Below, piece by piece: positions 1-10,569 of a stretch of 64,000 bases of DNA. Source of the DNA: Nitrospirota bacterium (GTDB lineage: Bacteria > Nitrospirota > UBA9217); assembly GCA_963663225.1 (NCBI GenBank), contig OY760142.1, forward strand, positions 448,001-512,000, written 5' to 3'. Numbering within the stretch: the first letter of the stretch is position 1; every line of letters starts with the position of its first letter. A program made the translations under genes and the position numbers. The notes beneath the pieces are model-generated. The model did not search any database and had not been told where the DNA came from. It saw nothing but the letters and a program-made list of their open reading frames with translations.

Positions 1-316
1 CGTCCAGAAGCACCAGAACCTGCGAAACCGTGGAGCCGCGCAAACTGACTTCAACCGCGGAACCCGGCGTGCCGTTGTCATGCACATCAGCGCTTGCGGT
101 CCGCTCTATTACCTGTGCCGCGGTCGTTGCCCCGGATTTTCTGATTTCATCGGCAGTGATCACCGTGACCGACTGCGTAACATCCTGCAAGTTCTTTTCC
201 GTCTTTGTTGCGGTAACGACAATTTCTTTCAGCTGCGTGCCGGCCTCTTCCGCCAAAACCATGGGCGGACAGAGCATCAGGCCGCACAGCACGGCTGCTG
301 CGAAACGACTGTTCAT
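1..316 (-). CDS. btuB: TonB-dependent cobalamin receptor, N-terminal part (runs off window)
   Basis: Read by hand (not in the ORF track): ATG at 316 after GGAGA; signal peptide, then EIVVTATKTE (TonB box) and plug motif VSLRGSTVSQVLVLLD; lies downstream of a B12 riboswitch. Confidence 0.85.
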   Translation of the reverse strand, partial: MNSRFAAAVLCGLMLCPPMVLAEEAGTQLKEIVVTATKTEKNLQDVTQSVTVITADEIRKSGATTAAQVIERTASADVHDNGTPGSAVEVSLRGSTVSQVLVLLD

Positions 317-343
317 TATTGTTATCTCCTTCCGTCGAGGTTG

Positions 344-491
344 TGGGAATGCGAGGTTTCCTGGCTTCGGACTTCCTACTTGCCGGCCTTCCCATCCGGA
401 CTTTTCCGGACAGTGGCACGCTCGGCGTTCGTTTCCTTCACAGTTGCGCGACAGCAGGGGAATTGCACCCCTTTCCGCTCCAGCATTCCCA
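344..491 (-). ncRNA. Cobalamin riboswitch upstream of btuB
   Basis: Minus strand carries GGAA-AGGGGTGCAATTCCCCT, ACTGT, GCCACTG, GGGAAGGC and AGCCAGGAAACC; closing stem TGGGAATGC/GCATTCCCA. Confidence 0.9.
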
Positions 492-582
492 GGGTTATAA
501 ATAGCTGCTTACCGTCATCGTGTTTTTCCTTTATTCTCTCCTTTGGCCGCTCACCTCCCTTCAAGATTGTGCGAAAACATCT

Positions 583-1356
583 TTAAAAATTATGTTCGTA
601 TGTGATGTGCAGGCCGGAACCGCTTTTCTTGATATCAACGTCCACATCAAATGCCTGCTGTATCCGTTCGCGGGTCAAGACGCTCCCGGGATCTCCGGCG
701 CTGATGATGCTTCCTTCCTTGATCAGCATGACTTTTTTGAACTGGAGTGCCATATTGATGTCATGGAGCGCCATTACGATGGAAATATGCTGCCTCTCGC
801 AGAGGCTTTTCAGCAATTTCACCAGCTCAATCTGGTACTTGATATCCAGGTTCGCGAGCGGTTCGTCGAGCAGCAGCAGTCCGGCACCCTGCACGAGCGT
901 CATGGCAATAAACGTCCGTCTCCGTTCGCCGCCGCTCAAGTCAATGAGCCGCGACCCGGCCTTCTCACGTAGCCCGACCATGTCAAGAGCCTCATCAATG
1001 TCCATGACCGGCGGAATATCGTACGGATAGAGCCCCATGCTTACCAGGTCACGGACCGTAAACGGCACGCTGATATCGAGCGCCTGCGGAAGATAGCTGA
1101 TCAGCTTTGCCCGGTCCCGCCCCTTCTCCCGCAGAAGATCGTTGCCCCAGAGGGCAATGCTGCCTGACGACGGCCGCAAAAGCCCGCTTGCCAGCTTCAG
1201 GATCGTGGACTTGCCCGACCCGTTCGCGCCAAGTAAACCGATGAAATCTCCCTCGCCTATGGAAAAAGACAGGTCGCGGATAAGGAGTTTGTCTTTCTCA
1301 TAGGAAAAGCAGACGTTTTTAAGATCCAGAATATGCACGTCAGAGGTTGAGGACAT
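583..1356 (-). CDS. btuD: Cobalamin/iron-chelate ABC transporter ATPase
   Basis: GANGSGKS Walker A, LSGGE signature, LLLDEP, HD switch. Confidence 0.85.
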   Translation of the reverse strand: MSSTSDVHILDLKNVCFSYEKDKLLIRDLSFSIGEGDFIGLLGANGSGKSTILKLASGLLRPSSGSIALWGNDLLREKGRDRAKLISYLPQALDISVPFTVRDLVSMGLYPYDIPPVMDIDEALDMVGLREKAGSRLIDLSGGERRRTFIAMTLVQGAGLLLLDEPLANLDIKYQIELVKLLKSLCERQHISIVMALHDINMALQFKKVMLIKEGSIISAGDPGSVLTRERIQQAFDVDVDIKKSGSGLHITYEHNF

Positions 1357-2305
1357 CTTTTCTCCTGAGAAGATACAAAAAATAAGGCGCGCCGATGATC
1401 GCCGTGACCATGCCTGCCGGAAGTTCCGCAGGCGGCAAGACAGACCGGCTGGCCAGATCAGCGATGCACAGAAGGGCGCCGCCTCCCAGGGCGGACGCCG
1501 GGATCAGCGCGCGGCTGTCCGCGCCGAAGAAAAACCGCATGATATGCGGCATCAAAAGACCGATAAAACCGATCATGCCGCCGAGCGACACGGACGCCGC
1601 TGTCAGAAGCCCTACCGAAGTAAACAGAATGAACCGCTCGCGCTGGGGTGCAAAACCGAGGCTATGGGCCAGTTCATCTCCGAGCATGAGCGCATTAAGA
1701 GCCTTTGCCCTGCAAAGGGAAATGGCCACGCCGGCAAATACCAGCACGACTCCGTACGGTATTCGCTGCCAGTCCGACATGGACAGGTCCCCGAATATCC
1801 AGAGCATTGCCCGCCGCAATCCTTCATCAGTCGATAAACTCATCAAAAGCATCAACAGCGCGGAAAACAAGAAGCTCAGGCCCACGCCGGCAAGCAGCAA
1901 TCGCTCAGGCCAAAAACCGCCCCGCTTAAGCCCCATGACGCCCACAATCCCTCCCGTGATGATTGCACCAGAAAAAGCGAGCACAGGCACGGTAAAGCTG
2001 CCGAGGAACGACAATCCGCCGATAATGCCGAGGGCCGCCAAGAGCGATGCACCGCTGGATATTCCCAGAATGTACGGATCAGCCAGGGGATTCCTTAAAA
2101 TACCCTGCAGCACCGCACCGGACGCGCCTAAAGCCATACCCATGAGAAACGCAACCAGAACGCGCGGCAGCCGGATGTCCATCAGTATCTCCTGGTCCAC
2201 ATCGCTGAGCGCACCGGGCAGAATCATGTTCGGCCCCAGAAAGAGCGCACAGCAAAAAACAATCAGCACAAGAACAGCTAAAAACGTCATTTTTACTTGA
2301 GGCAT
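1340..2305 (-). CDS. btuC: FecCD-family cobalamin ABC permease
   Basis: IRLPR, LRNPLADPYILGISSGA, GFIGL and ELPAG...GAPYF motifs; hydrophobic. Confidence 0.88.
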   Translation of the reverse strand: MPQVKMTFLAVLVLIVFCCALFLGPNMILPGALSDVDQEILMDIRLPRVLVAFLMGMALGASGAVLQGILRNPLADPYILGISSGASLLAALGIIGGLSFLGSFTVPVLAFSGAIITGGIVGVMGLKRGGFWPERLLLAGVGLSFLFSALLMLLMSLSTDEGLRRAMLWIFGDLSMSDWQRIPYGVVLVFAGVAISLCRAKALNALMLGDELAHSLGFAPQRERFILFTSVGLLTAASVSLGGMIGFIGLLMPHIMRFFFGADSRALIPASALGGGALLCIADLASRSVLPPAELPAGMVTAIIGAPYFLYLLRRKDVLNL

Positions 2306-3144
2306 GCCGAAAGCTCCTTAATTCCCGGAACAATCCGCGGACCAAGGCGGTACAGATTGTCCCCGACATAGCACACGGCGCCGTTTTTGACCGCGGGTGT
2401 AGATGCCATCCGGGCAAGCACTCCGCGCGACACCGCGCGCATGTCCATCCCCGATCCTTTGCCGATCACGATCTTGTCAGGGGGATGCCGGACCACTTCC
2501 TCGAGAGAGTATTTCGGATAGGCGCTCTTCGCTTTTCCCGCAATGTTCTCGTACTCTAGGAGATTAATGACATCATTCATCGCGGTACGGGGGCCCGCAA
2601 CAATAAGCGGTTCAGGCCAGACGATGAAAAGCACCCTTCCCTTCCTCTTATTATTGCCGCCTTCGAAAGCGTCTTCTCGTCCCAGCGCTCCTTCGATTTC
2701 ACGTGCAAGCGCTTCCGCCCTTTCCGGCACCCCGAGCACCGTGCCGAGCTGTCTGATCCCCTGCGGAAGCTCGGAAATCCTGCGCGCCGTGAATACCACA
2801 ATCGGAACACGCAATGATCGAAGCCTTTCCGCAAACTCCCGGGGATTGCCGTCTGTGGTCATGACTACCACATCCGGCTTGAGCGACACGACAGCCTCAA
2901 GCGACGGATTGGACATGCCCCCGATCCGGGGTTTTTTCTTGACCGCCTCCGGATAGTCGCAAAAACTCGTGACCCCCACGATGTCCTTCTCCAGACCTAA
3001 TGCAAACAAAATCTCCGTCACGTTCGGCGCAAGGGAGATGATCCGTTTCGGGGGAACGGCAGTTTCCGCGCCGGAAAGACCCGGACAGGCCGTCGAAACC
3101 GCAATAAAAAGAATGAGAGTATATTTTTTAATTGTGCTCATCAC
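2293..3144 (-). CDS. btuF: Cobalamin-binding periplasmic protein
   Basis: RIISLAPNVTEILFALG...CDYP, class III binding-protein pattern; riboswitch upstream. Confidence 0.88.
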   Translation of the reverse strand: MMSTIKKYTLILFIAVSTACPGLSGAETAVPPKRIISLAPNVTEILFALGLEKDIVGVTSFCDYPEAVKKKPRIGGMSNPSLEAVVSLKPDVVVMTTDGNPREFAERLRSLRVPIVVFTARRISELPQGIRQLGTVLGVPERAEALAREIEGALGREDAFEGGNNKRKGRVLFIVWPEPLIVAGPRTAMNDVINLLEYENIAGKAKSAYPKYSLEEVVRHPPDKIVIGKGSGMDMRAVSRGVLARMASTPAVKNGAVCYVGDNLYRLGPRIVPGIKELSACLK

Positions 3145-3173
3145 GGACTAGAACAGAACGCCTGCTTCCGCTC

Positions 3174-3213
3174 AAAATAAAAATCCCCAGTCTTCTCGAA
3201 AAGACTGGGGATT
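3174..3213 (-). terminator. Intrinsic terminator in the riboswitch expression platform
   Basis: 13-bp stem AATCCCCAGTCTT/AAGACTGGGGATT followed by a T tract on the minus strand. Confidence 0.85.
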
Positions 3214-3267
3214 AATACGGAATATTAACCCACACATGGTCTTAACGCCGAAGACTGTGCGAGAACA

Positions 3268-3426
3268 TACAGGCAGGTTTTCTGGCTCTCCCTCCCTGCC
3301 TGCCTTCCCAGCCCCATAGGGCCAGTGGCGTTTGTCCGGCAGAGAATTATGGCTTCGCTCTACGCAAAGCCGGGATCACAGCGGCGGGTCCGCTCCCGAT
3401 TCTCACGGGATTCCCTTCTCCTGTGT
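3268..3426 (-). ncRNA. Cobalamin riboswitch upstream of btuFCD
   Basis: Minus strand carries AAGGGAATCCCGTGAGAATCGGGA, GCTGT, GCCACTG, TGGGAAGGC and GAGCCAGAAAACCTGCC. Confidence 0.92.
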
Positions 3427-3466
3427 GTGGTCGCGTATGATTATTTTTCCTTATACCATACGGCAC

Positions 3467-5227
3467 CTAAAAAGACAGCTCTTTAAGAAAAAGGTCTTCG
3501 AAACTTTTATCTCCAGCAAGCTCAATATATTGAATATTTTCCGCCACCTCTTGGGCGATTTTTCTCTCTTTAACAGATAATAGGGCATTTTGAGCCCCTA
3601 CGCCTGCAGCATTGCCCACAGGAACTATTTTTTCACAAAGGTCATCAGGCAACAACTTGATGCTTTTTAAGCTCTCGAATTTTAAATACATTCCGAATGC
3701 TCCCGCCAAAATTACTTTTGTGACGTCGGCTGTCTGCACTCCTGCTTTACGAAGCAATATTCTGATTCCCGTAGAGATGGCACTTTTTGCAAGCTGCAGT
3801 TTGCGAATATCTTGCTGTGTTATATAAATACTGCGTCTATCTGCTGTCTGCTCTTCTGGAACAAGCAGAAAAGCCAACGATCCCTCCTGTTCGATAATTC
3901 TTTTTTGTTGCAATTCGGAGGCATCGGAGGAAACAAGTCTGCCTGAAAAATCTATATTCTTATTTTGCAATAAACCGGCGACAGCATCAACAAGACCCGA
4001 ACCACATATACCTTGAGGTCTTACATCACCAATTACATGAAAGGAAACTTCCTTATTATTTATCTGTACACTGTCAATTGCACCGGCTTGAGCGCGCATG
4101 CCGCATGATATTGAATAACCTTCAAAAGCGGGTCCCGCCGCTGTCGAACAAGCCCAAACTTTTCCATTTGCAGCAAGAACAATTTCTCCGTTAGTACCGA
4201 TATCTATCGCGAGCACTATATCTTTTTCTTCCCATAACGGATGAGCCAACAGCATTCCAAGAGTATCTGCTCCGACAAAACCGGATACGCCCGGCAACCA
4301 GAAGATATTTGCCACGTTATTGACGAGAATGCCTGTTTTATATGAGCGATAGGAGACGGCATTGCGAATAATCGGCGTATAGGGATATCGTCCGATTGAA
4401 ACGGGCTGAACGCCCAGGAACAAATGTTCCATGCAGGGATTGCCAACAAAAACCAGGTCGTAGATGTCCTCACGGCTTATATTTGCCTGATCATTCGCTT
4501 TATCAATTAATCCGTTTATACAATCCACAATGGATGACTGGAGCCGTTCAAGTCCTGAGGGAACTTCTGTGGCGTAGGTGATGCGGGAAATAACGTCTGA
4601 TCCGTATTCAACCTGCGGGTTTAAAGAAGAAACCGCGGCACACAGGCGGCCATTCACAAGATTAAACAAATACCCTGCTATTGTCGTTGTTCCGATATCG
4701 AAGGCCATTCCGTAGAGGTTCGGACGTGTATCTCCTCGTTCTATCGCCACTATTTCATTATTTTGTATGACAGCAGTAAAAGGAATTTTTTCATGCACCA
4801 TCAAGGAAAACGACAACAGAATATCGATCTCTGCAATTATTCCTCGGCCGACATGAATTCCCGATCTCAAACAGAGATCTTCCCAAGTAAGCATGACGCT
4901 ATCAAACGACGGTGGGAAATATATCTTTTTAACTACAGGTGATAATTCGACTTTCTTTCCGCAGCCTTCTTGCAGACAAACAATACCCTTCTGACCACCC
5001 TTAAACAGATCTATTGCAATGTTTGATTCAACCGCAGTCTGGCAAGCCAGGACATCATTCCATTGCCCGTTACTCTTGATCCTTACCTGACACTTGCGGC
5101 AAACTCCTTTTTTTCCACAGGGGAAATCATGCTTCATAAGTCCTGCATTTAGCAACGCATCAATAAGAAGCGTCCCTTGCGGGGCAGAAATTTTATTGCC
5201 GTCACTATCTGTTATAGTAAAAACCAC
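3467..5227 (-). CDS. ATP-dependent reductive activator of corrinoid enzymes (RACE/RACo; 2Fe-2S plus ASKHA)
   Basis: N-terminal CGKKGVCRKC...LACQ; DIGTTT, DIGTNGEI, TAAGPAFEG, GICGSG, AGAFG and GNAA motifs. Confidence 0.92.
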   Translation of the reverse strand: MVFTITDSDGNKISAPQGTLLIDALLNAGLMKHDFPCGKKGVCRKCQVRIKSNGQWNDVLACQTAVESNIAIDLFKGGQKGIVCLQEGCGKKVELSPVVKKIYFPPSFDSVMLTWEDLCLRSGIHVGRGIIAEIDILLSFSLMVHEKIPFTAVIQNNEIVAIERGDTRPNLYGMAFDIGTTTIAGYLFNLVNGRLCAAVSSLNPQVEYGSDVISRITYATEVPSGLERLQSSIVDCINGLIDKANDQANISREDIYDLVFVGNPCMEHLFLGVQPVSIGRYPYTPIIRNAVSYRSYKTGILVNNVANIFWLPGVSGFVGADTLGMLLAHPLWEEKDIVLAIDIGTNGEIVLAANGKVWACSTAAGPAFEGYSISCGMRAQAGAIDSVQINNKEVSFHVIGDVRPQGICGSGLVDAVAGLLQNKNIDFSGRLVSSDASELQQKRIIEQEGSLAFLLVPEEQTADRRSIYITQQDIRKLQLAKSAISTGIRILLRKAGVQTADVTKVILAGAFGMYLKFESLKSIKLLPDDLCEKIVPVGNAAGVGAQNALLSVKERKIAQEVAENIQYIELAGDKSFEDLFLKELSF

Positions 5228-5413
5228 ATCTCACCTTTTCACGTTGGTTCTCTTATTATAGAGTGAAAACAACTATACACCGAAAACTGGATATATTATA
5301 TATAGATGTGGCTTTAGTCCACTTTCTATTTTTCATTGGCGTACCAAATTTACTTGATTATAAGAATTTATCCGATTTATGTTTACAATTTTACGTATCG
5401 TCCAGAGAATATA

Positions 5414-6097
5414 TTAACTGCATAAAAACTGATCTTCCGTAACTTCACCCCATGGAGGGATAATAATAAAATCTTCTTTTTCGTACGGGCCATGCATAAT
5501 TTTTTGGAAGTATTCTTGGCTCCCGAGAAACTCTGAATATTCTTTACCAAAAATCGCGCAATTTTCTTTGGTTCTGGCTTTCAAGCGTTCCGTATCGCCG
5601 ACCCCGGTATTAATAAACGATATATGCGTATAGTGCTGAAGTTGTTTTTTAACTACTCTAGTTGCCATTTCAATACCGTGCTTCGGAGCGTAGTGATTAT
5701 TGAGAATGCCCAACGGGTCTACCTCTGTAGCTATCCACCCCGGGGTCAAGTAATACGTCCCGGGCCTCGCTCGAAAATTCTCACGATAGGCCTTCTGTGA
5801 CCCCATAAAAATCGTAATACAGTCATGACACCGGGGAATCACGAGGTCCTGGCAACCTGCTTTTATTCCTTTAATTCCGCCGGAACAGAATCCATATCCC
5901 AGTACGACCCTGTTTGCTGAATTTCCAATACAATTTATTTCCTCCTGGATTAAGGAAGTCATTTTTTTAGGATTTTCGTGCAATCCCTGACCAAGAAAAC
6001 GTACCTGCACATCAGCGTCTTTCGCTACCATTTCAAGCTCGTGCTGAAAAATCCCACAAGCGATAACTACGGTTTTATAAAGTGGCTGTTTTGTCAT
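5414..6097 (-). CDS. DUF1638-family protein (corrinoid methyltransferase-associated)
   Basis: IACG, GLH.NP, LGYGFC, HDCI, TYYLTPGW and INTG motifs. Confidence 0.8.
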   Translation of the reverse strand: MTKQPLYKTVVIACGIFQHELEMVAKDADVQVRFLGQGLHENPKKMTSLIQEEINCIGNSANRVVLGYGFCSGGIKGIKAGCQDLVIPRCHDCITIFMGSQKAYRENFRARPGTYYLTPGWIATEVDPLGILNNHYAPKHGIEMATRVVKKQLQHYTHISFINTGVGDTERLKARTKENCAIFGKEYSEFLGSQEYFQKIMHGPYEKEDFIIIPPWGEVTEDQFLCS

Positions 6098-6282
6098 TTT
6101 ACATGCTAGGGATTTTATTATTAATTAAATCGGGCGACTATGGAGACAATGCAGGCGATATTTTAGTTAATGTCCTAGAAGAAATTACCGTTGTTGAAAA
6201 ACATCGCTGTTTTTTCTGCTTTGCATCTCATAGTCGCCCGTGATACTGAACAACTTATCGTATTTAGCTGATAATTAATTTA

Positions 6283-7677
6283 TTACTTAACCCCTAACGC
6301 CGGATTCGGGTAATTTCTGTTAAATACATGACTTACGAGCATCACAGCGAGAGGAGTACATAATGCTATATACATGTTGTCAATTCCGAAAGGATTTCCC
6401 ATGGCAAACCATAGCGTCGTAAATATTACACTCAACACCAAGCCAATGGTTGCACCTGCTTTATTTCCAATTTGCGGGCCATAGAACATAAACAGAGCAA
6501 TAACCGCAACACTGGTGCGCAGCGCTCTCGCAAAAAAAACCGTCTTGAGCAATCCAGGCACATACAGCGCAAATGGTATGGGAAGCAATCCAAGTATTAT
6601 CGCTAATACTCTCACAATTACCATTTGGCGCTTCTCATCGGGCTTTGCCAGCGGAATAATGAAATCTCGCATCACTAAAGCGGTTGCACCAAGATTACAT
6701 GCCAGAATTGTCACAAATGCCACTGCCAAAATTCCTGACGTAACAAGACCACCTAACCATGGATTCATATATCTGAGAAACTCGGGTAATGCCTGAACAC
6801 TCTTGATCGTTGGAAATAGCACCTTCGCTGCCAATCCAATGTAAGCCGCAATAAATCCTAACGGGAGAAGCCAGAAACTTGCAAAGATACTAGCTTTTTT
6901 GGCATCTTTGGCACTGCTCAAGGAACTTATACTTTGGATCACATACTGAGTGGAAAAAACTGCCCCTATGTTTCCGACTGTCCAGGCTATAATTTGTGGA
7001 ATTCCAATGCCTGACATATCAAAAAAGGAATCAGGCAATACTGAAACCGTCAGGTTTCGCTCATGGAGCAAACCCCACGCTACCAGTGCAGTGACAATAA
7101 TCGCAACATATTTTACAAAAAAATGAATTAAGTTCGCAAATCCGACGCCCCGAATACCGCCTGCAGCGACGCTGGCCGTTGCTAAAAGTGAAATTATGAA
7201 AACCGCGGGCGTCGTGGAAATGCCCAACACAGATGCAACCACAACAGCGCCGGCGGTGTAAGCAACGACATTAACGGTTATTAAGGCATAGACCATTATG
7301 GCCGAAACTACCATTCGAGCGTTATCACCATATTTTTTGCTGATAATCCCCGATATCGTATATTCGCCTGTTTCGTTGTATTTACCAGCCAAAAGGTATG
7401 CATACAAGAGGAAACCTACAGCCAGCGATATAAAGTTCCACGAAGCAGAGATGCCTTTCTCAAATGCTACCTGAGATGTTCCCAACGTTGACGCTGATGC
7501 TATAAACTCAGAGACCAGAAGAATGCCGATAATATATACACCCATTTGATTCTTTGCGCTCATAAAGCTATTCGTATTTTTTGCATATTTGACGGACCAC
7601 ATGCCAACGAGCGTAGTTATTATCAGATAAACGACTGCTATGCCAAATATTATACCTGCACCATCTACCGCATTCAT
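6283..7677 (-). CDS. Sodium:solute symporter family transporter
   Basis: Many transmembrane segments; SEFIASASTLG, YTISGII.KKYG, GGIRGV; start chosen at the ATG after GGAGG. Confidence 0.82.
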   Translation of the reverse strand: MNAVDGAGIIFGIAVVYLIITTLVGMWSVKYAKNTNSFMSAKNQMGVYIIGILLVSEFIASASTLGTSQVAFEKGISASWNFISLAVGFLLYAYLLAGKYNETGEYTISGIISKKYGDNARMVVSAIMVYALITVNVVAYTAGAVVVASVLGISTTPAVFIISLLATASVAAGGIRGVGFANLIHFFVKYVAIIVTALVAWGLLHERNLTVSVLPDSFFDMSGIGIPQIIAWTVGNIGAVFSTQYVIQSISSLSSAKDAKKASIFASFWLLPLGFIAAYIGLAAKVLFPTIKSVQALPEFLRYMNPWLGGLVTSGILAVAFVTILACNLGATALVMRDFIIPLAKPDEKRQMVIVRVLAIILGLLPIPFALYVPGLLKTVFFARALRTSVAVIALFMFYGPQIGNKAGATIGLVLSVIFTTLWFAMGNPFGIDNMYIALCTPLAVMLVSHVFNRNYPNPALGVK

Positions 7678-7965
7678 GAGTAACCTCCTCCACATCCATA
7701 AGGATGGTTCTGCTAGCGTATTATGCTAACAAAGTGTCGTATTGGACTACTCTTTAGCTGTTTGCAGATCGATACTTGCATTAATTAATAAAAAAATTGC
7801 AATACAGTACAAATAACCCTTGGGAAAGACTTTTCCACAACGAACGAAACTAATATTTTAAATACTCCTGATAGCCATTGCAACAATACCGTGATTCCGG
7901 TCCCTTTTTAAAATCCTATTTACGTCCTCCTTTCCCTATAAAATTATACTCTTAATATATTTAAT

Positions 7966-8002
7966 GTGTACCTAATGTATACAAAATGTATTAGTTTGTC
8001 AA
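7966..8002 (-). promoter_or_regulatory. sigma70 promoter TTGACA-N17-TACATT with TGTATACA operator
   Basis: -35 at 7997-8002, -10 at 7974-7979, palindrome at 7976-7983. Confidence 0.75.
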
Positions 8003-8289
8003 GGTTAAAATCGTCACTAAAGTTTTTTGATTTCTCTCGTTTGATTGACATTTGGGGGCATAATACGGCAGGGGCCAGACTCTTGGCAGGGCAATATGAT
8101 GTCTTTAAGCTAGTAAAACTAGTTTTTTACTTTCATACAAGTATTGTTCGCTTACGATGCATGATTATTTTTTACGCATGTATGGTACGAGAAGAGAAAT
8201 TCGGCAGGCAGGATTTGAAGTGAATTTTGACAATATCTGAGACACCAGTACGAATGTCCAGAAGACTTTTGAGATGTTGCCGAAGGATT

Positions 8290-8934
8290 TTATTGCTTAA
8301 ATATGTGGTGGTAATTTGCAGTATCCATTAAATCATGCATATTAGACTCGATGTGATAACGCATCTTATTTGAAGCCATTACGGGATCACCTGACAGAAT
8401 GGCATCAATAATCTGGAGGTGCTCTTCTAAAGAGCGATTTACTCTTCCAGGAATATATTCAGACGGATTGAGCAGCCGCACGATTTGGTTATTGAGGTTG
8501 TTCATAATAGTTATCAATCTTCTGTTGCCGGTGGCCTCAATAATAAGATGGTGCAAATCGTGAATATTCTCCGTATACGGTTGTTTTTTTTGTTCAAGAA
8601 GTTTTTTGGTTATTTTTTTTATTTCAAGAAGATCTTCTTTCTTAATTCTATTAACACATACTGCAGCTGCATAAGGCTCAAGCAGAAGACGTAGTTGAAA
8701 AATTTCATGAATATCAACGGGCGAAACAGTCGTTACTATCGCGCGATTATTGATAACGGTAATTAATCCTTCAGATTCGAGTCGAATCAACGCTTCGCGC
8801 ACAGGTGTGCGACTCATGTCGAGATTATCTACAAGCCACTTTTCGGTCACCGGGGAACCAGGTTTTAAGTCAGACTTGTAAATGGCATTTCTGATATAAT
8901 CATATGCAATTTTTACATTATTTTGACGTTTCAT
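8290..8934 (-). CDS. GntR-family (FCD) transcriptional regulator
   Basis: MSRTPVREALIRLESEGL HTH; FCD domain with H...GN and EH motifs. Confidence 0.92.
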   Translation of the reverse strand: MKRQNNVKIAYDYIRNAIYKSDLKPGSPVTEKWLVDNLDMSRTPVREALIRLESEGLITVINNRAIVTTVSPVDIHEIFQLRLLLEPYAAAVCVNRIKKEDLLEIKKITKKLLEQKKQPYTENIHDLHHLIIEATGNRRLITIMNNLNNQIVRLLNPSEYIPGRVNRSLEEHLQIIDAILSGDPVMASNKMRYHIESNMHDLMDTANYHHIFKQ

Positions 8935-8950
8935 CTTTTGTCTTCACCTA

Positions 8951-8985
8951 TGTACTAATGTAGCAAAATCATATGTATTTTTCAA
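8951..8985 (-). promoter_or_regulatory. Promoter TTGAAA-N17-TACATT with a variant operator
   Basis: Same layout as the promoters at 7966 and 12763. Confidence 0.55.
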
Positions 8986-9089
8986 TAACAATTGCTTTCA
9001 ATATTTTACCGGTAGGCAATGCGCCTACCTTATCCGGTTGTTATCGTACACAATGGTTTTAAAAAGCCCGCATGCATTTCTAATCTGTT

Positions 9090-9128
9090 AAAAAAAAAGA
9101 AGCAACGTCCGAAATTGCACGTTGCTTC
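9090..9128 (-). terminator. Intrinsic terminator after the methyltransferase operon
   Basis: GAAGCAACGT/ACGTTGCTTC stem plus T tract on the minus strand. Confidence 0.8.
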
Positions 9129-9181
9129 ACAATAGTTACAGAACATTTTGGAGGCTAGAATCGTCTATCCGCTCGATTCAC

Positions 9182-10555
9182 TTAAGAAAGTGTCTTCAAT
9201 CCCATTCCTTTAAGTTCTTTTTTGACCGTTTGATAAATATTCGCGTACTCTTCCTTCGGCTGGTGATGAATCAGGTCATAGCAGTCAGTAATATCATAGC
9301 CGACAAGCGGCTGCCTATTTTCAAATTTCTTTGCAATGCGGCCGAGAAGTTCGTTTCCGCCCTCCCGGTCAAATCCCTGCTCTATGACGGCATCTGATAC
9401 TTCTATCATCCACTCGGCCTCAACGGGTGTTTGGCCATGGTTTACCGTCGTGCGGCAGTGCCGGGGAGCATAGAGATTCATACCATTAATAGGAGCTTCC
9501 ACCGATTGCATTGCTCCTTCCCAGAGGCAAAGATCAGTTCCCGGCCCTGATGTCGGGATCACCCACCGCATGCAGATCGTGTTGCTATACCGGTTAAGCG
9601 CCTGATTGACCACGGAACGTGCCCAGTTTACATTCGGAACCAGAATCTGACGGCCATTCAGCATATGAACATGTTCTACGCCCGTATAGTTTATGTAGTC
9701 TCTATATGCAATCATTGCAGCAATGGGTTTCGCTATACCTTCTATTATTGCTCCTTCAATCCCACCGCAGAACCCGCCGATAATGGCAAAACTGCCGCTG
9801 AGCCTGAATGGTCCATATTCCTCGAACACGATTGCCGCGGAAAGCATGTTTTGCTCCATTTTCAGATCCGGCAACAATGAGAGCAGCACCCCGTCTGTTG
9901 GGCGAAGACCGTTGTCGGGATCTATCGTTCCAATCAGGTCTTCAGCCCTCGTATTTATCGGATAATACACTACGGCCAGACCGGGGCGGCCGGCCTTTCT
10001 GACCCCTTCACGCATCCAGTTGATCTGACGCCGGGACGCGTAAACTTCCATGGGAGAGCCCATAATTTCTCTTCCGTCGACATGCGTGAAATTGAATCCT
10101 TCGATAAAATCCGTTCTCTGTATCTGCGCAAAATTATGCACAACGAGCCCGGCAAGATCCTCCGTAAAGGGGGTATGATGCCCTGGGCATACATTCAGTT
10201 TTTCCCTGCCTTCAATTTTTCTTTGCTTCCACACACGCCTATCCCGTCCGCAACCCATAAGTATTTCTGTCGGTGCTTCCTTGATTGCCGTCAAAATTTC
10301 GTCTCGTGTCAAGGCGACTCTGCGGCGCGTGGTAAGACAATATATACCCATTGTTTCTAGAAATTCCAGAGCAGCCTCGAAAGCTCTTTCCGGGAGTCCA
10401 TCATCCACATTAATATAGCGATGCTTCTTAGGAACGGTGATACCGTATTTTTTTACCATCTTGGTGATGTTTTCATAAAACATCTTATCCCACTGTTTAT
10501 CTTCGATTTTTTCACCAGTCTGTGTTCTCTCAGCAATTTCCAACAGTGTTAACAT
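9182..10555 (-). CDS. MtmB-family corrinoid methyltransferase, no pyrrolysine (paralog 2)
   Basis: AGRPG, LKM, IGGFCGGIEG, SGPGT.LCL.E, TPVEA and CYDL...PKEEY pattern; 457 aa, no amber codon. Confidence 0.82.
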   Translation of the reverse strand: MLTLLEIAERTQTGEKIEDKQWDKMFYENITKMVKKYGITVPKKHRYINVDDGLPERAFEAALEFLETMGIYCLTTRRRVALTRDEILTAIKEAPTEILMGCGRDRRVWKQRKIEGREKLNVCPGHHTPFTEDLAGLVVHNFAQIQRTDFIEGFNFTHVDGREIMGSPMEVYASRRQINWMREGVRKAGRPGLAVVYYPINTRAEDLIGTIDPDNGLRPTDGVLLSLLPDLKMEQNMLSAAIVFEEYGPFRLSGSFAIIGGFCGGIEGAIIEGIAKPIAAMIAYRDYINYTGVEHVHMLNGRQILVPNVNWARSVVNQALNRYSNTICMRWVIPTSGPGTDLCLWEGAMQSVEAPINGMNLYAPRHCRTTVNHGQTPVEAEWMIEVSDAVIEQGFDREGGNELLGRIAKKFENRQPLVGYDITDCYDLIHHQPKEEYANIYQTVKKELKGMGLKTLS

Positions 10556-10569
10556 GTAATCCTCCGTCC

